NCBI GenBank assembly: GCA_002269645.1
Contig: NIVC01001508.1
Coordinates: forward strand, 62,001-126,000
Source of the DNA: Macrostomum lignano
Taxonomy: Eukaryota
Direction: 5' to 3'
DNA length: 64,000 nt
Positions 41,633 to 54,379 of the stretch are shown here, in pieces. A program made the position numbers and the translations under genes. The notes under the pieces are model-generated. The model saw nothing but the letters and a program-made list of their open reading frames with translations, ran no database searches and was not told the DNA's origin. Position 1 is the first letter of the stretch. Every line of letters starts with the position of its first letter.

Positions 41633-41639
41633 TATAAAA
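41633..41639 (+). promoter_or_regulatory. TATA box of secreted Cys-rich gene copy 1
   Basis: TATAAAA 78 nt upstream of the ATG, conserved in the paralog. Confidence 0.6.
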
Positions 41640-41710
41640 GCAAGCGTGTATCGTGATTATAGGCTAAGTAATTTCAAAATCAGTTAAAGCACTGAAATAC
41701 CGATTGAGCA

Positions 41711-42082
41711 ATGAACTTCAGTTTGAAATTTCGGACTCGAATCGTCGTGCTGCTACTTGTGGCAGCCACAGGCGTCAGTGGCAGCTACAATTGCTTCTCA
41801 CATTACGGCATAGAGGTCGTTCCGGGCTACGAAGAAGCGCTGATCCGTGGCTTTATGAACGATTTAGGAATGAGCCCAGATGAGCCTCTCCTTGCGATGG
41901 ACTACAAGGAACTCGTAACCCAAATGAATATGATGTACTGCTTGGGCGATATGGTCAAACACGACTGGGGCGACCCCTGTGACAAGCGCGAGGTGATGCA
42001 GTGTTCGCTCTGCCCAATATTTTCACAGGTGTATGCAGCATGCAACAATGCAGACGTTTCGAGATGCTATTATATTTGGTAA
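41711..42082 (+). CDS. Secreted Cys-rich protein, 123 aa, copy 1 (unknown family)
   Basis: Single-exon ORF with a signal peptide and 7 mature Cys, a TATA box upstream and an intact paralog at 54824. Confidence 0.85.
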   Translation: MNFSLKFRTRIVVLLLVAATGVSGSYNCFSHYGIEVVPGYEEALIRGFMNDLGMSPDEPLLAMDYKELVTQMNMMYCLGDMVKHDWGDPCDKREVMQCSLCPIFSQVYAACNNADVSRCYYIW

Positions 42083-44268
42083 TCACTGCTTATATATTGT
42101 CTGATGTACGTAACCACACTGAAACTCAATCGCTATGCATAATTCACTCAGAATCTGCATGGGATTTTGATTAAAATACACGTCTACTGAAAGAACTGTT
42201 TCAGTCAAATTTCAAGCATCTATTATTGCATAAAAAAATGTTATCAATGTTTCTTTAACCTCGTGACATTCAAACAGAGTAAAAATTGACTTTGCCTGTT
42301 CATCAGTTGCACCGACACAGTCTTTAAGGTTTGAGGTGATGACTGTCAGGACTGTACAAAGAAGTGACATTTTGGAGCTTAAGAAACGTCGACACGCACT
42401 GACCAATTTTCGGAACAAGAAATCACAACTACTCTATACAGTAGAATTTTATGAGAAAAAAACTGTTGCGGGAATATAGTAATGGATAATAAAGTCAGAA
42501 TAATATAGTTGCGTAAGAGTGAGTTGATATATATATAATGGTTCTCTTCCAGCCAGAACATACACATGCAATGTAATAATCCTACAGAGTAGAGTTTTTT
42601 GTTGTCTTACACAAAAGGTCATACAGTGTCGTTGTGATATTACTCGTATTTTGCTAACGGTTAGTATCGCGGTAAGCCATAGTACTTGTAATGTTAAATC
42701 GCGGGACGCACTCGGTTGATTTTCGGTTGCATCCAGAAAGCCTAGGCAGATCTCTTCAGGTGTGATGTCAGTCGAGGAAGTCGCTTAATTGTCCTGCGAG
42801 GTAGAAGATATATGACAGACGGAGTTGGCGGTCGTACGGAATCGGCCAGCAGGTGTTGTACTTGTGTGGCTGCCTCATGGAGTGAATCGTTGTGGATGAT
42901 GAAGTACCATGATGGCATTGTTTGGGCAGATATGACGCTGTTGTGATGTAACGTCAGCAGCAGTTTGGTGCTGCTGCATACGTTTCTCAACTGTTCTGCC
43001 AATTGAGCGGTTAAAGAGTTTAATCGGGTGGTGATCAGTCACTCGAAAACTCCCACTTCCAGACCTTAAGCCTGGGAACAAAATTCAGTGATCGCGGTGG
43101 TGTCAGGCAAGCTCCAGCAAGCATCAGCGGCGCCAGTGACAACGCTCAGGACATCTCCAGTACGACCGAGAGTCGCGGTACAAGGACTTCTGCTGGCGAG
43201 GCATGTGCAGCCCGACGAAGGAGGTTCAGCAGCCACGGTGGCAGACAGCGATGACCAGGGCCTAGCGACATCACCGGTTTTCGGCGTCAGCAAGCGACTT
43301 CGGGTGCCAGAGTGCCAATCGTCGAGTCGGCTCGCGAATCGTCGGGTGTCCGTCGTGTTGGAGTCGAGTAGGAGTCCGGCGCAGCCCATTCGGCCTGATT
43401 TACTTCATTTTAGTGTATTTTTCATCATGCTTTTTGGTTCATGTTTTTTTTCAATTGACAATTTGACATTATTAAACTGTTGCTTTACTTTCATGTCGCA
43501 AGAAAGTTTTCAACGTTAAAGTAACATCGGTAGACAGTGGTGCAATTTTTTCGTTTCGTTGCGGTTGTCACCCCGAAGTTCTTGCTTTTTTTATTTTTCG
43601 CGTTTATTTCTCTAACATTTATCGTCCAAAATGCGTTTCCTCAACACTCGTACATTTTTCATATGCGTCAAACTCGTGTTTTCATTATTCGAATGTTGCT
43701 AACGCAAAGACTGCTCGTCATAAATCTCGTTGTCGTGCTATAAATTATTCGCGTTTATCCTCATTGCGCCGTCGTATCTGTCCAACTCATCGAATCCTGT
43801 CTTTGTCTCCATTCAGTCTTTGTTCTTGTGACTCGCCTTTTTAAGGAGGGGAGGATGTTGTGCAATCGTGCCCTTTCTCGCCCTCCTGCCCCGCCCCAAC
43901 CCTCCAGTCTGCCCCACCCCTCCAATCAATAATCAATGCGTACGCCGATCACGCCACCCCGCCCCACCTCCCCTGCTGTACCGTACATTTGTTCTTAAGT
44001 TATATTCATGTACGCGTAGGACCAATGAAAAATATATATTCGCTGTCTGGAGGGCAGACTCCTCCCTTGCGCGCGTTGGTCCGCCTCCGTTGGCTATTGA
44101 ATAAAACGACTCGTCGATCTACCATAAAAAGTGCACGGCGAACTGCATCGGCTACGGTGTGTAAGTTCGTGTTCGCGAGTTACTGCCCTTTTTCTGCTTC
44201 TCCCTAGGGCGCGGGACGGGAGCTCTGACTGGGGACCTGGGGGTCGCAGCTTCCTGACAGGTTAAAGC

Positions 44269-44807
44269 TGTAGGCGTTGCTCCGGAGGACGGGGCTCACA
44301 ACACTCTCAATAAACAAATAACGAAGACTCGAACAAAGGCTTACCGAACGGTATTTCCCTCAGAGATGTAGCCTTGCTTAGCTGCTCCAGCAAGCTCAAG
44401 ATCTTTGGAGGCTGCTCCGAGTCTGATATTTCATCTCGGATTTTTCGATTGTATTTATACACAATCTTTTCGGCCTTGAGTCGACCTTCAGCTCAATCAA
44501 TACCTGTTTTCTGCTGAGTTCCTTTTTCTGCTGAAAAAGGAATTTTCACGTTCAGCGCTTGGTTGGCAAAATCCAGCCCACGAAGTCTCTCTCTCTCTCT
44601 CTCTCTCTCTAATTTCCTCTTTCTTTTTCAGCTCCTCTCTCCTCTTTTCTCCTCTCCTCTCCTTCTCTTCTCCCCATTTTTTTATCCTACCGCTTCTTTT
44701 CTCTCCTCTCTTTTCTCCTATCTCTCTCATCGTCTCTGGCCTGCAGTCATGCACTGGGTTCTCTATCTCGCATTGAAGAAAAAATGTTTTCCGACCCCTG
44801 ATGTACA
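44269..44807 (-). mobile_element. Probable solo LTR fragment (TGTA...TACA)
   Basis: Inverted TGTA/TACA ends and an internal TATAAATA on the minus strand. No target-site duplication was seen. Confidence 0.35.
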
Positions 44808-44891
44808 TGTAAACAGTAACTCACTCCTGTTAGTTCACGAGTTGTCCGACGAGTACTTTAACCAATGTCGAATCACGTCGGGCTCACCAGT

Positions 44892-45239
44892 TGATGAGAA
44901 AGTAGAGAGAGAGGAGTGTGTAGTGAGTCGCTAGTTTAGTTAGGCGCCGCACTAGTCAGCTGCTTCCCTCGCCCTCGCCCCAGGCTTCTGTCTGCCGCTG
45001 GGCAGTTGCCTGTCCCTTCCCGCCTGTCCTCTGGCCTGTCCCTTGCCCGTTTGCCTGTCTGTCTGCTTGTCCTCATTTGCCCCCGTTTGCCTCGTGTTCT
45101 CGTTTTGCAGTGCCCAGACAGCTTGGTCTGGCCTGCCTCTGTTTCGTTCTCTGTTTGGCATCTCCCAATTTGGAGTGCCATTCCGTTTTCCGGTCCCACG
45201 GTCACGAGTGCCTTCATTTGTGGGCCTTTCCCCTTGTCA
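44892..45239 (-). mobile_element. LTR (TGA...TCA) followed by tRNA-Trp primer-binding site (44868-44889); element body missing
   Basis: The plus strand reads TCGAATCACGTCGGGCTCACCA, the 3' end of eukaryotic tRNA-Trp plus CCA with one difference from the usual GGGGTCA. It lies 2 nt from a 348-bp segment with TG...CA ends. Confidence 0.65.
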
Positions 45240-45638
45240 TGTGACTTCCTTCTTTAGTCCAAAGTGCAATGATTTCATCATTGTACGCTGGGCTCGTGTT
45301 TATGGGGAGATCACGTGCGCCCGGACCCCCTTGCCTCCTCTGAGGCAGGGCCCGCTTGTTTGTTGCTAAAAATAGCAACAGAGTCACCCATGACTCTCAG
45401 CGGGGGTCTTTCGTGCTATGGTGCAATCGATCCTCCCTATAAATGCAGCCCCTCTCATGGCTTGGCTCAGACAAGCCCTTGCTCCGGACTCCTTTCGCCT
45501 TTCCGCGTTTCCAGCATTCAGCACCTGCCAACCCGCTTTCTCTGCTGTTTCCGAGAGTGTATACCGAGTTTGCGTCTGAGTTTGAACTCCAAGACTCCCG
45601 ACTTTGCGCGTGTCTGCCTCTGATTGCTCCTGCTAACA
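45240..45638 (+). mobile_element. Possible LTR fragment (TG...CA) head-to-head with the neighbouring LTR
   Basis: Starts TGTGAC, ends GCTAACA and contains CCTATAAAT. No clear PBS follows. Confidence 0.3.
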
Positions 45639-47103
45639 ATTAGCAGGCCAGCTCGGATCGCCCGAAGCTAGCACTTTCGCTCTCACCCAGCACTAGCCCG
45701 GCAGGGACTGCTGACGGTGGGCACCTCTGCGCGAGAACTGCTAAATCTGCACGAAGTGCGAGTCTCTTTCTCTCGTCTTAGTTATTTGCTTCTACGAGCT
45801 CAGCACCTCACCGAAGGCTGCGACTCTGCGAAGCTGGTGGCAGCACTACCTACGCTACGAGAACTAGTTTCTAAGAAAGCGGCACTTAGAGGTCACCGCC
45901 CTGCGCCAGGAGACCTACCAGGCCATCTCCAGTCGACATCGCAGAAGCCTGTACTTCACTGGTGGCAGCGCTCCTATTGAAGGCCTCTAGACAGCAACAG
46001 GCAAGACACATATATACACTTCAAGTGTTTAGTGTCTAAACGCCCACTACATCCAGACCGCAATTCTGGGAACAAAATAAAAATTTTAGCTAATGCCACT
46101 TGTGAGTATTTATAACTTTGGACTTATGAAATAAAAAAGAAGTAAGAAAATGAAACCTTGACATATCAACTACGTATCAATAAAATACAGCAGAGTACGA
46201 GTAACATGCTAAATTAAATGAATGGTAATCTTCACAAACCCAGATCGAATGTAATAATTGATTTTGTGATGATGTACCATCAGTGTTCACTCTGCAACAG
46301 CTTTCAATCCTTAACTCTGTATGCGACAATCCGAAGATTGGGCGATGCTATTTAAACCATGCAGTAATTATTTTCCTGTCGTAAAATATTGCTGACAAGG
46401 TGAAATATGGTCTACAGACATAAATTCGCTAAGAGGAGTGTATTGATTTCAATACATGGAGCCTTATTAATTTTGGCACCGGAAGGGAAGCCTAAATAAG
46501 AGCCAGGATCAGCACGCTTGATGCGCAACAAGGCGCAATTCGTCCAAGGCATGAGTCAGATCAGGGGTCAGCAACTTCCGGCCCGCAAAGCCTCTCTATC
46601 CGGCCCCCTCAGGTGCTTTTTAAACTTTACAATAGCAATCCGGCCTGCTTGTCTCTTTTCAGCTCTGCTTTTCTTTCTCCTCTCTTCTCTCCTCTTTTGT
46701 TTCCTCTCGGACGGATGCGGCACGACAATCAGCTTCTCGTGCTCATTGAACTGGTCTTAAACGTGCTCTACACGTTTCTATGTAGAAAATATATAAATAA
46801 ATAAGTTTTATGAAATTGGGCAAACAGAGAGGCCTGAATATGAAAATAGCGTGCACTCAGCAAGGAACCTTGACATAGTGTATCAAGCGCGCGTTTGAGC
46901 AAAGCACTCGAAAAAGAGGAATGTTGCCAGTTTCAGGTAAATAACCCGAAATTGAGCCCTGGATCCCAAATACTGTACAATCCAACTCTGTATTTGTGAG
47001 CAAAGCCAGAGCTCTATAAGTGTATAAAAGTTTGACAGCAAAAGGCAACAAAAATTGTTCCAAAGAAAAACTTCGCAAGTCCCTATACGTGAGGTATTTA
47101 AAT

Positions 47104-48864
47104 ATGGCGCACGACCTCGCAGCTCACAGCCGATCGCTGTCCTCAGCCATGGCGACTGCCGGGTTTCGCTCAACAAACGCAGCGGTGCAGAGCGGCCTCG
47201 CAATGGCAGCTGAGGAGCTGGGCCGACTGCTGGCTAAAAGCTGCCACATCTTTGGCAGCTACGCTGACGGCTGGGGCTCCAACCTGTGCTGCATCAATGG
47301 AGACGTCGCTCCAGACTCCGACATCGACGTGACGTACATCATGACAGACGCGAGCCAGCAAATCCACATTCACCCGCAAGTCGCTGACGGACAGCGGGCC
47401 GAATTTCGACACAACGACTGCCAGCTGACTGAGCCTGCGGAGTACGAGGACGGGCACGTCAAGGCGCGCGTTCGCAGTAAGGAAATTCTCGCTATAATAT
47501 CATACTAATGCATTAGATATGAAATTTAGATATGTACAGAAACGAAATATATCATCTACATCTGTCCTGAAAATGCAGTTTTAGCGCCGAATATCGCATT
47601 GGAAGTGTCGCAGATGTTCCCTGCAATAGACCTGATTTTGGCGCATTCCTGCTGCGGCTACCCTCACATCGAGCTGCTGCGGCCCGGATACAGGACTTGC
47701 ATGTCCGATGACATCATGAGGGCGCTCAGAGAAGAGGTGCTGGGCGAGTCGCCAAGGTGCCACGCCGTCAGCAGCGCGCCGCCCGGTCTGGAGGGCAGCC
47801 GACTTCGAGTGAGCACAACCCTGCTGGAAAGGTCCGTCATGCAGCATCTCACCACCGTGCAGGGTCAGTTCTTCATCCTCGTCAAGTTCCTCATCAAGAG
47901 GGTGATCGGCAGCAGAGTGAGCGGTCTGAAGACGTACGTTGGCAAAAACTTGCTGTTCTACATGCTCGACGAGACACCGGCGAAGGACTGGAAGTCGGAC
48001 AACCTGCTGGCGCTGGTGCAGCACTCGTTGGACATTCTCGTGGCAATGATGGAGAGCTCAGACTCCGAGGACGCCTGCATGAGACATTTTTTCTTGCGTG
48101 ACGCCAGAGTGTTCTTCAAGCGAGAGCACGACTCAAAATCGAGGATTGTAGCAGCCGTCCGTCAGTCAGCAGACAACCTGCTCAGCGACCTGAAACCGTT
48201 CAAAGAGTCTCTGCCTAAATTTGAGGTCAACGTGATTCTCCTTTCGTTTATCTCTTACTACCTTCTAGCAGTAGAGTTACTGGAATGCAGTGATTTCAGC
48301 TTGACAAAATACGCTTCCACAATGCAGACGGCAACTGAGCTTTGGTTAAGCATCAGGAGTGAAGCTCCGGTCGGGTCTCGGTCTGGCAGATTGACTCAAC
48401 TTTTGTCGGACGTCGAGCGCCAGATTCCAGACAGCGCTCAGGTCGGCAAAGCCTATCTCAGAGCCGCTGCTCTCTTCAAAATGGGTCAGCTTGTCACACC
48501 AGAGCTGGAGGAGGCGGCAGGTGCATCTCTGGGCTATATTCGGTGTCCGGAGGGCGACGACAACTCCCTGACGGTGGCTTCGGCCAAGTCACTAGCTGTG
48601 GACAAGCTTGTGCAGACTCGCTGCCTGGGTGTCACAGCGGCAAACGGCCAAATAGTGGACTGCCCGAAGCTGGTTAATGAATACGGGCCGGTTGTGTCTT
48701 TGTTTGAGAAGCACCTGTGCGGCTTCAAAGTGACGAGGCAGCAAATGCTTCTGGCCTTGGCTTCCGGCTCCCTTTGCGCAAGACTCTGGATGAGTAATGT
48801 GAGTGCTCAAGAGATCGGGGGTCGCTTGTTTATTATTGGAAATGAGCTCTATTCACTCTTTTGA
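47104..48864 (+). CDS. Mab-21/cGAS-like receptor (cGLR-type) nucleotidyltransferase; exons 47104-47476, 47579-48864 (about 552 aa)
   Basis: NTase motif FGSYADG...DSDIDV and a third acidic residue in AIDLILA. Mab-21 C-lobe motifs RVSTTLLE, LKTYVGKNLLFYML, W..DNL and CMRHFFL. One phase-1 GT-AG intron. Confidence 0.85.
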
Positions 48865-49759
48865 GCACCCAATTCCTAGTTAGTAGCAAAAATGGAATAC
48901 GAGCGTAGAAACGTTAGGGAGAAAAGCTTTTAACTAGCGCCGCAGCTTCAAACTATATGCTTGAATAGAAAACTCCTGAATACTAGCGATTGCGCAATAG
49001 GTGTCTAAATACAATTTGCACTGGTCCAAATCGAACACAAAGCACCATGCTCCGTTCTCCGCTTCAAGGCAACCGAGTACAACTCAAGGAACACTATAGT
49101 GGGCAGGCATCTGCGTCACTTGGATATTTTTAGGCAGATCAGCGTTCAAAGACAAAGCGGTCGGCAGCAAGACGCTCAAGACGGAAGAGGGGACAATCGA
49201 GGAGACCCAGACGAGTCACGAGGCGATTCGAATGACAAGAGTTCCCAACAATGAAACCATATTAGACAGCTACTCTCGTGAATTAATTAAAAGTTCAAAG
49301 CAGCTACAAGTGCTGAAAAGTATCTCGACTATCTAAAGTGAATTTCTGACTCTGCAAAATTCAGATGTTAAAGCCCTAACCGCGCTCACCCTAGTTAACG
49401 ACAGCAAGCTTTAATATTCTATACTTTTTCTAATTGTAGAAATTTTTGATGGGATATTGGGATATCTGTTTAACCCAGTCCGACGATTTTCACAATTTTT
49501 TATCCGAGCTGTTTGTCATGAAAAGTTGATGTGGAAGCGTAGCTCTTTACTTATTTCGACTGCTGATTAGCACTTCTTTGTCTTTGTAATGAACATGCAG
49601 CTGCCTAATCATGAAGTGAAGACGCTTCTAAAAATGGTATATAGTTAAGGAGACTGTGAATCATATTTCAAACGGTAAAAATAACCACACGACAACATGG
49701 TAATTCTGATTGGGCAGATATGAGTCTGTTTTCAAACGCTTCAAAATGAATTCTTAAAT

Positions 49760-52700
49760 TGACAGAGGCGTAAGCGTAAGCAGGAATTCTAATTGGAGGG
49801 TGCCGCAACCTTGATTGGTGCAAATATTTGGTTTTCTTGTCTCTAGGTGGGCATCCCTTTCTCTTGGTGGGCGCCCAGCTGTCTCTTGATGTCCACGCCA
49901 GTCTGTTGGTAGGTGTAAAACGAGTGAGGTTTGAGATTGCGAGAAAACCGTTTTGGCGCTCAGGCCTGACAATTGATATATATTATAAGCCGAAGATTGA
50001 GGTGGGGTTTGGGTGTTGCACACGCACGGGCGCAACCGCACGTTGCAAACAACCACCCCCCATATACAAGCACGTACAAATATGACTACGAACAACATTA
50101 GAATATTTATAGGTGCATAGAATGCTCACACCACTTCCCCACCAGGGTTTAAAAGACACAACACAATGTCTATGGCAAAAGTTCACAGAAAATCAAGCAT
50201 TCACATTGGGCGATAAAAATCAGGAGGTCTTCGCTCTCTGGCCGACCGTCTCGGCAGCTGAGCCTCTTGCTGATTGGTCTCGGTCGCTGCAGCTGAGCCT
50301 CTTGCTGATTGGTCTCGGTCGCTGCAGCTGAGCCTCTTGCTGATTGGTCTCGGTCGCTGCAGCTGAGCCTCTTGCTGATTGGTCTCGGTCGCTGCAGCTG
50401 AGCCTCTTGCTGATTGGTCTCGGTCGCTGTCTCATCCGGTCCGCCGTTACCGTCGAACAGCTGCACCCAGGCATCAGGCGCCTGGAGCTGAGGGTCAACC
50501 AGTCCGTCAGCAGCCTCATCTGCGGTAGCCTGCAGGTCGTCGCCGGGCCGTAAGGAGTTGCGCCGTTCCACAAATGGTTTGAGCCGGTCGTGGTGCACCA
50601 CCTGCCTGCGTCGCATCCGCACGCCGGGACCCGAGGCCGGCCGCACTCGGTAGTTGACCTCGCCGAGCCTCTTCAAGATGATGTACGGCCCGGTCCAGCG
50701 GTTACTGAGGCTTTTTGATCTGCCAGGTTTCACCACCTTGCAGCTCAGCATCACCAAGTCGCCCTCTTTGTACGGCCGGAACCGAGTCTCCATGTTGTAC
50801 CGCTCGTTGCGCTCGGTCTGTGACGCCTGCAGTTGCTGATGGACACGCGCCCGGCTGTCCAGCAGGCGCCTCTGAGTTGCCTCTGCAAAGTCCAGCGCAT
50901 CAGTGAAGCCATTCAATGCTTTGGGCAGCTTCGAGTCGATTGGCAGCCTTGGTGGCCATCCGTGCAGCGTCTGGTACGGCGACAGGCCCGTGGTCGAGTG
51001 CACCGAGCTGTTGAAGGCCCACGTGACGAAGGCAAGTTGGAGGTCCCAGTCGTCCTGATCCTCTGCCACAACCGTCGCTAGCATGTCACCAAAGGTTCGG
51101 TTTCCGCGCTCGACCAGGCCGTTGCCGCTGGGATGGAAAGGCAAAGTGCGGCTTTTCTGCATGCCGAGCCGCTGGCACAGGGACTGGAACAGATGGCTTT
51201 CGAATTGACACCCTTGGTCGCTGTGGATTGCGTCTGGGACGCCGTGCCGAAGCGCTACCTGCCTGACCATAGCGTCGGCCACCCGCTCAGCCTCGATGCT
51301 CGGTAGAGCGCAGGTCTCCATCCACTTTGAGAAGCAGTCAAAGATGCTCAGCACGTAACTGTTGCCTCGTGGTGTCCTTAGCAGCGGACCCTTGATATCG
51401 ATCTGGACCATCTCCCATATGGCCTCGACGGCAGTGGAGTCGCTTGCAGTGGTGATCGCTGCGGCCGACTGCTGTTCTTCCGCCGAAGACAAGCGGCGCA
51501 GCTGGCGACCAGTTCTTGACGTCGTTGTGCATGCCCGGCCACCAGCAGCGGTCGGCGAGCTTGTCCAGCGTTCGGTCTGTGCCGAGGTGACCGCTGCAGG
51601 CGGCGTCGTGCGCGTCAGCCAGGAAATGCGCACGCAGGTGGCTGGGCACCACCGGTTTGCCCTGCCGGACCAGCTCACCGTGTTGCCCGATCTCGATGTC
51701 GCCATTTGCTATGAATTCTTCGAATCGCTGCTGACAGCCTTTGGACAGGTGGACGAAGCTGTCACTGATCGCCTTGAAGACATTCTGCAGAAGGCTGTCT
51801 CGGAGCTGCTCTGCCAGGAAGTCATCGCGATTTGCTAGTTGAGTGACAGCCGTCCGACTGAGCAGGTCTGGCACCACGTTCTCCCGCCCTGCCGATAGCA
51901 GAGCGCGAAATTGAACTGCTGGATGGTGTCGAGCCAACGTGCCAGCCGACCCTCTGGCTCCTTGGTCTGCAGCAGGCCCTTGAGCGGCTGGTGATCGGTA
52001 ACACAGTGAAGTCTTTCACGTTGCACAGGTAGGCTCTGAAGTGCTTGAGACTCCAAACCAAGGCGAGCAGTTCCCTGTCAGTGGCCGAGTAATTTCGTTC
52101 CGCCTTGTTGAGGGTCCTGAAGGCAAACGCCACTGGAAGCTCCGCGTCTCCGTAACGCTGGCAGAGAACCGCACCCACTGCGATGGCGCTGGCGTCGCAG
52201 CTCAGGACAAATGGTCGGCTGAAGTCCGGCAGGCGAAGCACAGGTGCTCGCCCAAGTTGGTCCTTGAGCGTCTGGAAGGCCGTCTCGCACTCGTCTGTCC
52301 AGGTGAAGCCCGTCTTCTGTGTTGCAGCATGCAGTGGTGCTGCTGTCTTGCTGAAGTCCCTGATGAATCTGCGATAGAAGCACAACATACCGATGAATCG
52401 TCGCACCTCCTCGGCAGAACTTTGTTACTGAATCTTGGCCAGGGCCTCCACTTTGTCCGGATCCGGCCGAATTCCTTCCCGGCTGACGATGTGGCCCAGG
52501 TACTTCACGCTCCTGTGAGCGAACACCGACTTGTCCTTGTTGAGCTTCAGTCCCGCAGCTCGCAGCCTGTCAAAAACTTTGCGCAGGCTGGCCAGATGCT
52601 CTTCGAAGCTCCGACTGAACACGATCAAGTCATCCACGTAGACTAGCACCTCCTCCCAGGTCAGGCCGGACATAACGAGCTCCATTAGCCTCTGGAAGGT

Positions 52701-54379
52701 CGCAGGAGAGTTGCAAATACCGAAGCCCATCTTCTTGAACTGCATAAGGCCTCGCGTGGAATAGAAAGCAGTCTTGTAGCGGTCTGCCTCGTCGACCACG
52801 ACCTGGTTGAGCCCCTGCTTGCAGTCGATGGTGGTAAACCAAGAGCAGCCCGCCAGAGCATCCATCGATTGTTGCAGGTGCGGCAGGGGGTAGGCGTCCT
52901 TGATGGTCACAGCGTTCAACTGACGCCAGTCGGTGCATAGGCGGATGTCGCCGCTCTTTTTCCGGACGACGATCAGATTGCTGGCCCAGGGCGAGTTGGA
53001 CGGCTCAATGATGTCGTGCTCCAGCATCTGGCCGATTTTCTGGTCGACCTGGTCACGAACCGGCAGCGGAATCGGTCGCTGGCGCTGCTTGTAGGGCTCG
53101 CTGTGGAGCCGAGGTCGTACTCGTGAGTGCTGAATAGGTCACCGTTCGCCTTGAGCAGTGCCAGTAGTCTCTGCCTTTCAGCCGCATCCAAGTCAGGGTT
53201 GACATCCCAGCAGTCCGACTGCTTGACTGTGCCAGCGCTGTTGTTGATCAGGTCGGCAGCTTCAAAAGAGCCGACGGCCTTGTTGGCGTAGAGCAGCACC
53301 TCCTCGGAGCCTAAATTGCACACCCGGACTGGAATCTTCTGATCAGCTGAAACGGTCAAAACTCTCGAGACAAGCAAACCAGTCGCTGGTAAAGTTGGCG
53401 TCGGGCTCGAAGATGCCTTGCTCGTCTTCCGACTTGACGCGGAGCCACACCAGCTTTTCGCTGCGTGCTGGAACACTTGTGTTGCTTTCCACTCGAGCAA
53501 CGAGGGTGCCGGTCACCATTCGGACGCTTGAGCTGCTGTTGAAAGAACGGGACTTTCTCTCCGTTGAGGCATACGGTCCTACCAACGATGTCGATCTGAA
53601 GCTCTCGGGTGGCTTGGGTGATGAAGTCCATGCCGAGGATGAGATCAGACTGATGTTCTCCACCACGTTGAGCTCGTGGACGACCTTGACTGACTGGCCG
53701 ACTTGAATTGTGGCTCGGGAAATCCCGATGCAACTCAGGCGGCCACCATCGACCGAAGTCGGGCAGCAGCTTCACCGGGCTCGATCTGAAGGCCGCAGAC
53801 TTGCGCGAGGCTGCGGCTGATCAAGGATGTCTGTGCGCCAGTGTCGAGCAGGAAACTGACCTCCTTGCCTTGCAGAAGCGCACGCACGAAGATGGAGAGT
53901 GCAGATTGGGCACTTGATTGACGGGTTGGAGCTGGCCCTTCGCTGCCAACCCTCAGAAGTTTCCCGACGGCCGAGCCTTTGACGGACAGACAGCCGCGCC
54001 GTGGCCCCAGCCGGAGCAGTTGAAGCAGCGACCTTGGCCCTGAGATCCGCCAGCAGGGCACCGGCGGGCGATGTGGCCTTCTTACCGCACCGAAGCAGCC
54101 TGATGACCGCTGCTGCTGATCTCTCTGTCTGCCGCCACCGCGTCCTCTCGCGCTGCCGCCCCTCGTCACCGCAGCCGTCAGGGTCTCCAGCTGCTGCTCC
54201 AGCCGTGCCAGTCGATCTTCAACCATCGCCACTGCGGGCGAGTTGCCTGGTTTGCATTTTCTCGCGATTTGCTCCAGCCTCGTGGCCTGCTCGACCAGCT
54301 CCTCCAGCGTGCAGGAGTCCAGGTCCCTGTCCTTGAGCAGGGTGTCGCGTATTTCCGCAGTCATCAGCTGAAGTCGATA
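49760..54379 (-). mobile_element. Ty3/Gypsy LTR retrotransposon, 5'-truncated and frameshifted (gag CCHC, protease, RT, RNase H, integrase, 3' LTR)
   Basis: Protease FLLDTGA, RT with YVDD (52425-53027), RNase H CDAS...DRELLAL (51822-52406) and integrase IHSDQG...GLVER (50170-51705). A polypurine tract lies at 50131-50144, followed by an LTR starting TGTGAG at 50130 and probably ending about 49760. Domains are split across several frames. Confidence 0.92.
50257..50430 (-). repeat. 35-bp tandem repeat in the Gypsy integrase tail
   Basis: About 5 copies of GCTGAGCCTCTTGCTGATTGGTCTCGGTCGCTGCA (plus strand). Confidence 0.9.

Larger units (their letters stand above)
41299..42216 (+). repeat. Segmental duplication, copy 1 (matches about 54380-55340)
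   Basis: Homology runs from ATTTTCACGAGTAACCAAAG through promoter, ORF and 3' flank to GTCAAATTT.AAGC. Confidence 0.9.

Noticed and set aside
43088-43519. 143-aa plus-strand ORF
   Set aside because: Non-ATG start and no domain signal; it lies in apparent mobile-element debris.
44868-44889. tRNA-Trp gene
   Set aside because: Only the 3' 22 nt including CCA are present, next to an LTR end; it is a primer-binding site.
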